21,548 bases of DNA from Bacteroidales bacterium (GTDB lineage: Bacteria > Bacteroidota > Bacteroidia > Bacteroidales > UBA12077): NCBI GenBank assembly GCA_028282585.1, contig JANQHR010000155.1, positions 1-21,548 of the forward strand, written 5' to 3'. The translations under genes and the position numbers were made by a program. Within the stretch, counting starts at the first letter, position 1. Each line of letters opens with the position of its first letter. The notes under the pieces were generated by a model. It made no database searches. It saw only the letters and a program-made list of their open reading frames with translations, and had not been told where the DNA came from. Of this stretch, positions 1-7,138 are shown piece after piece.

Positions 1-625
1 TCTTATCATCTTGAAATTACATCAAACCACAACCTCGCTCATGCCAGGCGGAAATCTCGAAATGTTTCTTATCATCTTGAAATTACATCAAACCACAACC
101 TTTTTTCGTTTAATTTTGCATCAATCATGTTTCTTATCATCTTGAAATTACATCAAACCACAACATTCGTATTCTGAACATCCGTTACAAATTGGTTTCT
201 TATCATCTTGAAATTACATCAAACCACAACGCGCTGACATTTTATATATGTTTAAGAGGTGTTTCTTATCATCTTGAAATTACATCAAACCACAACTGGT
301 AAAATATGCAAAAACTGAAAATGCCAGTTTCTTATCATCTTGAAATTACATCAAACCACAACTTTAAAATAGTAAATAATTAAATAAATGTAGTTTCTTA
401 TCATCTTGAAATTACATCAAACCACAACTTTCCTGTCAACCAAACATTTATCCTATCTGTTTCTTATCATCTTGAAATTACATCAAACCACAACTTAAAG
501 AATGTGATAAAGTTTTAGATATTGGTTTCTTATCATCTTGAAATTACATCAAACCACAACTAACACTTTATATAGTTGATAAAACAGGAGTTTCTTATCA
601 TCTTGAAATTACATCAAACCACAAC
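1..625 (-). CRISPR. Type II-C CRISPR array, 36-bp repeat GTTGTGGTTTGATGTAATTTCAAGATGATAAGAAAC (minus-strand reading); truncated by the window edge
   Basis: Identical repeats at 1-33 (partial), 64-99, 129-164, 195-230, 261-296, 327-362, 393-428, 459-494, 525-560 and 590-625, separated by nine unique 29-30 bp spacers. Orientation is inferred from pairing of the minus-strand repeat 5' end with the tracrRNA anti-repeat. Confidence 0.99.
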
Positions 626-786
626 CTGGGTCGATATAAGCCTTATTTTATAGCTATTCAGCACTAAAAACACGCTTATTTTCTGTATATCTAATCCACA
701 GGAAGTAGTTTTGATATTCAAAATTAAGATTCTAATTCAGAATTCAAGCAATTTTTTATCAATATTTCAAAGAACTTTCTAATATT
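626..786 (-). promoter_or_regulatory. CRISPR leader with a candidate Bacteroidota sigma-A promoter
   Basis: AT-rich non-coding stretch between the cas2 stop and a perfect terminal repeat. Minus strand has TAATTTTG (TAnnTTTG -7 box) at 726-719 and TTG 18 nt upstream (747-745), pointing into the array. Confidence 0.7.
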
Positions 787-1125
787 TTAAAATATCTCAA
801 GCTGTTTTGGTCCTTCGGGCAAAGGCTTTTCTTTTATTCCCCAAAAGTTCATAATATCTCCATACTGCTTATCAGTAATTCTTAAAATACTCACCTGTCC
901 CTTTTCCGGAATACACGATTTTATTCTTTTAGCATGAACTTCTCCACTTTCCTTACTGGCACAATGCCTTATGTAAACCGAATATTGCATCATTGTAAAT
1001 CCGTCTTGCATCAAATCTTTTCGAAAACGGGCAGCAGCTTTTCGCTCTTTTTTAGTATTTGTAGGTAAATCGAAAAAAACAAAAAGCCACATAATATGAT
1101 ATGCATTTAACCGGTTATGTTTCAT
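787..1125 (-). CDS. cas2: CRISPR-associated endonuclease Cas2
   Basis: 112 aa with WLFVFFDLPT (catalytic Asp), FRKDLMQDGFTMMQYSVY and ITDKQY motifs; lies between cas1 and the array. Confidence 0.98.
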   Translation of the reverse strand: MKHNRLNAYHIMWLFVFFDLPTNTKKERKAAARFRKDLMQDGFTMMQYSVYIRHCASKESGEVHAKRIKSCIPEKGQVSILRITDKQYGDIMNFWGIKEKPLPEGPKQLEIF

Positions 1126-1127
1126 AT

Positions 1128-2018
1128 TTATATAATTCCAGGAAACTCAATCTGTTTTTTGGTACCTGTAAAGCACCCGGCTAAAGATGCCGTAGTATTT
1201 GTAATAGCTATCATTAATGGCCGTGTTTGCTTTTTCATAGCAACATCCGATGATAGTATTTCTAAGATTTCAGCCTTAATTTCTTTCTCAACCGTATCCG
1301 TATCGGGATATTTTTGACAAATATCCCATACAGCTATATCAACAAAAGGCCGGTATGGTTCCATCATATCATCAGCCAGGCAAAATGCGTTATACCGGTT
1401 GCTGTGGAAAATCCCAAAGGATGGCAATAAACCTGAACCGGTTAAAGCTCTTGCCACTGCTGCGCGTAAAATAATATATCCATAATTTAACAATGCATTG
1501 GGCCATTCTCCATAACGCTCGCGAGTAAAATCTTCTCCAAATAGCTTTTTCCAGTACAACCGGGCTGCCATTCCTTCCCGGTTATCTGTATCGCCACTTT
1601 TAACTTGCCTGGATAAATGAGGCAATGGATTTGAATCCAAGTTCAATTTATTAAGCACTTTAGCCTGGTTCTCAATTTTAGCCACAACGGTTTGCTTCCA
1701 TAAATTCTTTTTCAGCGGTTCGGAAGCTGCAACCTGATGCCTGTAAATCTCGGTTTGCTGATGGTTGCCTTCCATATTGATCAACATGGATTGAGGATGA
1801 TGTTTAGAATTGCAAAAAATGATGGCTACATTATTATTCATTAACTCGCTGATTAATGGCATACTTAACGTAATTTGCATATGCTCTATTACCATGAACC
1901 CAATATCTTCAATCGGTACTGTTTTAGCTTGGTTTTCATTATCCATTTCAACTACCAACTGCTTATTTCTAACAGACAAATAACTAGGCTTTGTAAAATA
2001 TAATGTTCGTTTTAGCAT
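1128..2018 (-). CDS. cas1: Type II CRISPR-associated integrase Cas1
   Basis: 296 aa; VPIEDIG, SGDTDNREGMAARLYW, NALLNYGYIILR, GIFHSNRYNAFCLADDMMEPYRPFVD. Catalytic E/H/D residues are present. Confidence 0.98.
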   Translation of the reverse strand: MLKRTLYFTKPSYLSVRNKQLVVEMDNENQAKTVPIEDIGFMVIEHMQITLSMPLISELMNNNVAIIFCNSKHHPQSMLINMEGNHQQTEIYRHQVAASEPLKKNLWKQTVVAKIENQAKVLNKLNLDSNPLPHLSRQVKSGDTDNREGMAARLYWKKLFGEDFTRERYGEWPNALLNYGYIILRAAVARALTGSGLLPSFGIFHSNRYNAFCLADDMMEPYRPFVDIAVWDICQKYPDTDTVEKEIKAEILEILSSDVAMKKQTRPLMIAITNTTASLAGCFTGTKKQIEFPGII

Positions 2019-2065
2019 ATCAATTTAGATTAACAAATTGTTTAGTTTTAAGTGTTCTTGTTTTT

Positions 2066-2098
2066 AGTCTCGGCGTGTCTTGAAGACACGCCGAGACT
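2066..2098. repeat. REP-like palindrome copy 1 (downstream of the transposase)
   Basis: AGTCTCGGCGTGTCTT-G-AAGACACGCCGAGACT: perfect 16-bp arms, GC-rich in an AT-rich background. GGAG overlaps the 5' foot on the minus strand (2100-2097). Confidence 0.9.
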
Positions 2099-2153
2099 CC
2101 TCTAAAAATGACTGTGCCTGATCTTTTATTAATATGTGTTTAAACATATCAGT

Positions 2154-2768
2154 TTAGATTAAAAGGTTATCCATTTCGATGTATTGTTTTGCAACCTTCT
2201 TATTTAGAAGCGTTCCCTTACGTATACCCAGGTAATCTTGCGAAGAAGAAAACTCCCAATCTTCAGCCTTTTTTACTAAGCCTGCATTTACAGGATTATC
2301 ATGAATATACTTAAAGCAAACCTGAGGATATCCTTGCAACTGACTATTAATCTTAGTGCCATATACTGTCTTATAAAACGATGGAGTTATTCCATTTGGA
2401 CAGTTAATACATTCGGCTTTTGTTGCTTCCCTGAATAGTTTTCCTGTTCTGTTATATTGTTTATTAAATGCTTTGGTGTATCCCATCAACATAATACCAA
2501 TTGACTCATTAAGGGTTCTATGAGACTCAGACTCGGTGTGTCTCAAAGACACACCGAGTCTACTTACCGGCAAACTCACTTCATGAACCAACACCATTAA
2601 ATGAAAGTGATTAGGCATTAAGCACCAGGCCAGAATATCGGAGTAAGAGGTAATATACGTTTTTATCTTTTTTAAGAAGAATAAGTAATTTTCTTTGTTT
2701 AAGAATATCTTTTCGCGGTTATTCCCCTGATTATAAATGTGATATATGTAACCCTTTTCAAATTTCAT
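2154..2768 (-). CDS. HUH/Y1 tyrosine transposase, REP-associated (RAYT/TnpA-REP-like; IS200/IS605 superfamily)
   Basis: 204 aa; YHIYNQGNN N-terminus, AWCLMPNHFHL (HUH motif), RTGKLF, and KYIHDNPVNAGLVKKAEDWEFSS (catalytic Tyr plus the NP-AGLV-W-SS tail typical of RAYTs). No tnpB is adjacent. Confidence 0.92.
   Translation of the reverse strand: MKFEKGYIYHIYNQGNNREKIFLNKENYLFFLKKIKTYITSYSDILAWCLMPNHFHLMVLVHEVSLPVSRLGVSLRHTESESHRTLNESIGIMLMGYTKAFNKQYNRTGKLFREATKAECINCPNGITPSFYKTVYGTKINSQLQGYPQVCFKYIHDNPVNAGLVKKAEDWEFSSSQDYLGIRKGTLLNKKVAKQYIEMDNLLI
2529..2561. repeat. REP-like palindrome copy 2, inside the transposase coding sequence
   Basis: AGACTCGGTGTGTCT-CAA-AGACACACCGAGTCT: perfect 15-bp arms, encoding RLGVSLRHTES in frame. 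GTAG overlaps the 5' foot on the minus strand (2563-2560). Confidence 0.9.
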
Positions 2769-2802
2769 GTTTTACTTTTTTATTATTCTCGGCCTCGGTG
2801 TT

Positions 2803-2835
2803 ATTCTCGGCGTGTTTTAAAAACACACCGAGAAT
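2803..2835. repeat. REP-like palindrome copy 3 (between the cas9 stop and the transposase start)
   Basis: ATTCTCGGCGTGTTTT-A-AAAACACACCGAGAAT: 16-bp arms with one mismatch (a G.T wobble on the minus strand). Partial arm copies sit at 2783-2801. Confidence 0.88.
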
Positions 2836-2848
2836 GTATTTCAGCATA

Positions 2849-5800
2849 TTATATCTTTTCAATTTGACCTAACACATTTATTTTAAAATCATAATTTTCA
2901 ACTAAAGCATTAAATTTACTTAACGATATTATTAACTTTGCATGAGGCTTTTCATAATTAATAGTGCTTGATGGTTTTTCTTGCTCTTTATCGGGTCTTG
3001 CTTCAAGGTGGTATCTCAATTTTACCCTACCATCATCACCTCTAAACCCATATATTTTATAAAGCCTTTTCTGAATATTAGTTTGATTATTTTCCCAAAT
3101 TTCTTCAACACTATCTTTATAAAAAAGTACAAATGTTCCAATTTTTAATATCCACTTTAATTTAAATATTTTCCCTTTTATTTCTTTTGAATCTTCTGAC
3201 ATTGGATACATTCGAGAAAACCCTTTATTGCTCCTTTTATAATAACTAGCTGCCATCAAATTATTAAAAGGTTCAAATGTTCTTAATAATTTTCCTTTTG
3301 CTTCAAATTCATATATAGCTAACGCATAATTTTCATCATTTCCTACAATTATTTCATTTTTATACCTTTGTGTTTCTTTTGACATATCCTTATGCCTTTT
3401 TAAAGACAAAGCTCCTTTTAATCCGAATTTACAACGTACTTTTTTAATAGGATTTACTTTTTTTTCTCCGATATAGAAAGGTTTTGAAAACATTTCTTTC
3501 AATCCTATTTCTTTTGCTTTTAGCTTTGCTTTTTCTCGAATTACATCATCTACAATTTTTTCTAAATCATCAATTTTTGAAAAACCTCTTTCTCCATATT
3601 CAAAAGGTACTCTTTTTACATGAAACAGTTCATCTTTTTGGGTTTTCTTATTTTTTATGCAATCAATATATCCTTCTTTATCAAATATAATTTTACCATT
3701 ATTGTCTTTTTTTGGAAGCCTTATTCTTCCATAATAAGATTCATTATGCAAACTTCCTCTAGCTGTATCTCCTTGCTGATAAATAACCTCTCCTTTCTTA
3801 TTAAATTGTATCTTACCTCGTTTCCTTAGCTTCTTTTTAGCTTGTTTTGGCAAACTATCAGGAGTATAATGAGAAACCAAAATTTCTTTTTCGATTTCTT
3901 TAATGTCTTCAGTAAAAGTAGGCCATGGTTTTGTAACCTGTGGTTTTTTATCACTTCCTGAAATAAACATTTCCTCTGAGTCGTGATAAAACTTTGCCAA
4001 ATTCTCATAATTCTGCTTGGTAATGCAAGCAATTGTTATTGCATCTATACAATGATGAATATGATTTACTCTTGCTTTCTTTTCATATTCATCTTGTAGC
4101 CCCCATAATTTTCTGAAATCAGCAACTGTATTACCTTTAACAGTATAAACTTTATTGAATAAGGTTTTAAGATATAAACGAGAATATTTAGTGATTATAC
4201 CTATATCAACCATCTGACTATTTTTAAATCCGGATGGAATATCTTTCATTGTAAATCTTTCATACTTTCCTTTCCAATAATCTCTTTCTATAACTAATTT
4301 ATGTCTACGCTGAATTGCAAAATCTTTTGATTCTTTTGTTACCGATGTTCTTGATTTTCTTACCTGTATTTGTATTTGTTTATCAAGTTCTTCATATTTC
4401 TCTTTCCATTTTTCAATTCTCGCAAGAATATCATTGTGATTTGCTAATTCGGTTGGTATTTTGTTTCGTTTAATATCTCTGTTAAACTTATTTTGGCAAA
4501 GAGTTTTGTTTTGTTGTGAATTATCATAAGATAAACTACGCGGTATTGTATGTTCTATATCAAAAGATGGATTGTTACCTAAAAAGTCCGATATTCCTAT
4601 ACTATCGCCTGTGTAAATACATTTGTGCTCCTGTTCTTCCCACAACTGATATTTTAAAATGTCTGCTTCTGAAGGTTCTCTTTTTACTCCAGATGAATCA
4701 AAATGTTCTTTTATTCTTGCATAATAATCTTTATGCAGGTTTTCACGGTCACGCTGCCAACTTTGCAAAGCTTTGCGCTCGTTTGCATTTTTAAGATCAC
4801 GTGACATTTCAATATTTAATTTCGTGTTTTCATCAACCAAGTCTTGTTTAATTAATTCATTAATCAATTTTCGAAGCTGATGAAGCGCACGCATAGCCAT
4901 TGGGTTTCTAACACTTGAAACCATTGGGCTACCCAAATATTTTCGACCATCTTCAGCTCTTTTAGGTTGCTTAAAAACTTCAATTGCAGAAGGATGATAA
5001 AGTTGTTCTAAATTTTCTTGGTTTGTATCAAAATTATCTTTTAAGAAACTTTTTACTCTCTCATCAATTGTTTCAATTTGCAAGAAACCAGATTTACCGT
5101 TTTGTTTTTGAATTTGTTCTTTGAATTGATTAAGTGCGCTATGAACTATATCATTTTGGACTTCTAGTGCTAATTTATTCCAACGATTTGTTCCAAATAC
5201 AGAAGTGATATTTTTTTCAATATCTTTTTTATATTGTTCTTTAGCTTCTTCACTCCAAAACCATTTATTATCTTTACACTTCTTAATTAATCCGTTAACG
5301 ACTTCAACAATTTGTTTTTCTTGATTCTGATTTTGAATTATCTCAAGTATCTCCGTTTGTATTATTTTTCTATTCTCTTCCAGATTCCATATTTCTTTAG
5401 AAATTGCATTTCCCATATTTGCCAAGAATATTGCATGAGAGTAAATCAAGCCTTCACTCAAATAAGGCAACACTTTTTTTATTGCTTTTAAACTAAGTGA
5501 ACCATAATCATGTTTTAAATGAATATTATTTGTAAACTCTTTTAATTTTTCATCTTGTAAGCCAAGTTTTTCTTTTGCAAATTCAGTTAATTTTTCTACA
5601 CTATCGAATGTATATAGTACGTGCCATACATCGTAAATATCAATAAATGATTCTTTTCCATCAAGCTCTCTAATATGTTTAATTTTAAACTCTTTCCAAT
5701 TTTCTCCAAAAACACTTTCAAATCGAGCAGAAACAGGGCAACCACTTACAGTAGTTTTCATTGAATAGTTGAAAAGATAATCTTCAGGATGCTTCAAACT

Positions 5801-6808
5801 TGCTTTATAAAACTTATATTGATTTTTTGGAGCTAGTTGTTTTGCAATATCTTCAAAATCGAAATGTTCTTTACTTTTTCTATAAAACAAAGGCCTGATT
5901 TTAACTTTCTCTTGTTGATTTAAGAACCTTAATTTTTCATCGTCTGGGGTCTTAATTTTAATATTGTTTACAAAACAAAGCATTCTATATTCTTCAAATA
6001 ACGGATGAGAAGAAGAACATCGCTGTTTGTTTTTTTCAAATGGGCACTTTCCTATCAAACCCTTTTGTGACTTTAATGGACGTTGATAAAATATTGCTTT
6101 TTGGATAGATTTTTTAATTGATGAACTAATCTTTTGTTTTTCGCAAATTTCGTTGAACTCTTCTAAATAATGATCTTCTCTATGAGTATATTGGTTTCGA
6201 ATTTTTGTACCCGTATTATATTTTTCATAAAAGTACTGTCCTATTGTTTTATTTCCTTTTAATTCAGTTAACTCTGATATTGCTTTTTTTATAGCTCCAT
6301 CACTTTCCTTTGTTCCTTCTAGTCGGTTACTTAAAAATCCCCTTCTCTGTGCTAAATGATAAAAAGCTCTGCCTAATTTATATCTGTTTTCTTTTGTTGA
6401 TAAATCAAGTATCTCTGTTACGGCAAGGTTTCTAAAGTAGTATGGGTTTTTATTTATTCTATCATCTGTGGATAGCCACTTTCTGAATTCTTCATTTGTC
6501 GGATATACTTTTTTATATCTCCAATCATTTAACTCTTGCTCTGTTAGTTTAGGACAATAATTATGTTTTATTAGTACTTTAAGCGTACTTATTTTTCTTA
6601 ATTTACGCCTGTATTTTAGCCTTCTAGCACTCCTATAATTTGTTCTTTCTTCTGCTTTAGAACCTTCTATACCTTTTTCAATTTTTACCCCTTCTTGAAA
6701 TATGTGTACTCCTTTTTGAAGTAAATCAAACTGTTTGTTATTGGCTGTTTCCACAACAGCCCAGCCAATACTGTTAGTACCAAGGTCTAATCCTAAAATT
6801 TTACTCAT
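2849..6808 (-). CDS. cas9: Type II-C CRISPR nuclease Cas9 (large Bacteroidota type)
   Basis: 1319 aa; RuvC-I ILGLDLGTNSIGWA, Arg-rich bridge helix RSARRLKYRRKLRK, RuvC-II NIEMSRDL, HNH DIEHTIPRSLSYDNSQQNKTLC, RuvC-III HIHHCIDA. No csn2 or cas4 in the operon, so subtype II-C. Confidence 0.99.
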   Translation of the reverse strand: MSKILGLDLGTNSIGWAVVETANNKQFDLLQKGVHIFQEGVKIEKGIEGSKAEERTNYRSARRLKYRRKLRKISTLKVLIKHNYCPKLTEQELNDWRYKKVYPTNEEFRKWLSTDDRINKNPYYFRNLAVTEILDLSTKENRYKLGRAFYHLAQRRGFLSNRLEGTKESDGAIKKAISELTELKGNKTIGQYFYEKYNTGTKIRNQYTHREDHYLEEFNEICEKQKISSSIKKSIQKAIFYQRPLKSQKGLIGKCPFEKNKQRCSSSHPLFEEYRMLCFVNNIKIKTPDDEKLRFLNQQEKVKIRPLFYRKSKEHFDFEDIAKQLAPKNQYKFYKASLKHPEDYLFNYSMKTTVSGCPVSARFESVFGENWKEFKIKHIRELDGKESFIDIYDVWHVLYTFDSVEKLTEFAKEKLGLQDEKLKEFTNNIHLKHDYGSLSLKAIKKVLPYLSEGLIYSHAIFLANMGNAISKEIWNLEENRKIIQTEILEIIQNQNQEKQIVEVVNGLIKKCKDNKWFWSEEAKEQYKKDIEKNITSVFGTNRWNKLALEVQNDIVHSALNQFKEQIQKQNGKSGFLQIETIDERVKSFLKDNFDTNQENLEQLYHPSAIEVFKQPKRAEDGRKYLGSPMVSSVRNPMAMRALHQLRKLINELIKQDLVDENTKLNIEMSRDLKNANERKALQSWQRDRENLHKDYYARIKEHFDSSGVKREPSEADILKYQLWEEQEHKCIYTGDSIGISDFLGNNPSFDIEHTIPRSLSYDNSQQNKTLCQNKFNRDIKRNKIPTELANHNDILARIEKWKEKYEELDKQIQIQVRKSRTSVTKESKDFAIQRRHKLVIERDYWKGKYERFTMKDIPSGFKNSQMVDIGIITKYSRLYLKTLFNKVYTVKGNTVADFRKLWGLQDEYEKKARVNHIHHCIDAITIACITKQNYENLAKFYHDSEEMFISGSDKKPQVTKPWPTFTEDIKEIEKEILVSHYTPDSLPKQAKKKLRKRGKIQFNKKGEVIYQQGDTARGSLHNESYYGRIRLPKKDNNGKIIFDKEGYIDCIKNKKTQKDELFHVKRVPFEYGERGFSKIDDLEKIVDDVIREKAKLKAKEIGLKEMFSKPFYIGEKKVNPIKKVRCKFGLKGALSLKRHKDMSKETQRYKNEIIVGNDENYALAIYEFEAKGKLLRTFEPFNNLMAASYYKRSNKGFSRMYPMSEDSKEIKGKIFKLKWILKIGTFVLFYKDSVEEIWENNQTNIQKRLYKIYGFRGDDGRVKLRYHLEARPDKEQEKPSSTINYEKPHAKLIISLSKFNALVENYDFKINVLGQIEKI

Positions 6809-6849
6809 AACCGTATATTTTTTCTATTATTCTTTTCTACTGATTACCA

Positions 6850-6905
6850 TAAATTTAAGAAAACTTACAATTACTTTCAATTTTTTACATTTTTTATTAA
6901 ATTTG
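6850..6905. promoter_or_regulatory. Divergent candidate promoters for cas9 (minus) and tracrRNA (plus)
   Basis: Minus strand: TTG (6880-6878), 20 nt, TAAATTTA (6857-6850). Plus strand: TTTC (6875-6878), 19 nt, perfect TAAATTTG (6898-6905) just before the anti-repeat. Confidence 0.55.
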
Positions 6906-6908
6906 ATT

Positions 6909-6982
6909 ATTACATCTTATCACAATAAGGCTATATGCCGAAGGATGTAAATCCTATACTCCTGCTTCGGTGGGAGTTTTTT
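6909..6982 (+). ncRNA. tracrRNA
   Basis: ATTACATCTTATCACAAT (6909-6926) pairs with the first 18 nt of the minus-strand repeat (14 Watson-Crick, 2 G.U, and a 2x2 U-U loop). It is followed by nexus AAGGCTATATGCC, hairpin AGGAT-GTAA-ATCCT (6942-6955) and terminator ACTCCTGC-TTCG-GTGGGAGT plus a T-run (6958-6982). The 5' end is approximate. Confidence 0.9.
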
Positions 6983-7138
6983 AATTAAGAAAGTGCTATT
7001 AATAAAATAACAGATACCTTTGAAGGTAGTAAAAAGAGAATAGGTAAGATGCTTTTTGCTTTATTGCCGCCACTTTGATAAGGCTTTGCTTAAAGGTTCA
7101 GTGAGACTTAACAACCACAAAGGAATGTTTTAGCTATT

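Noticed and set aside
64-99. Neisseria-style promoter inside each repeat
   Set aside because: Neither a TAnnTTTG box nor a convincing extended -10 is present in the minus-strand repeat; a leader promoter candidate exists instead.
2132-2149. Small inverted repeat ATATGT...ACATAT downstream of the transposase
   Set aside because: Short and AT-only; better explained as part of the duplicated junction.
2154-2768. Calling this gene cas4/csn2 or a classical IS200/IS605 element
   Set aside because: It has no RecB-type motif or Fe-S cysteine pattern and no Csn2 resemblance. There is no tnpB, and the three near-identical long palindromes plus the RAYT-type C-terminal motif fit a REP-associated transposase better.
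1117-6950. Short track ORFs overlapping cas genes (1117-1317, 3484-3690, 3620-3829, 3826-4032, 4516-4794, 6735-6950)
   Set aside because: Antisense or off-frame shadows of cas1, cas9 and the tracrRNA, with no recognisable motifs.
7105-7125. AACCACAA resembling the CRISPR repeat end (possible scaRNA or orphan repeat near the tracrRNA)
   Set aside because: Only about 8 nt match, which is expected by chance in AT-rich DNA; the match does not extend.
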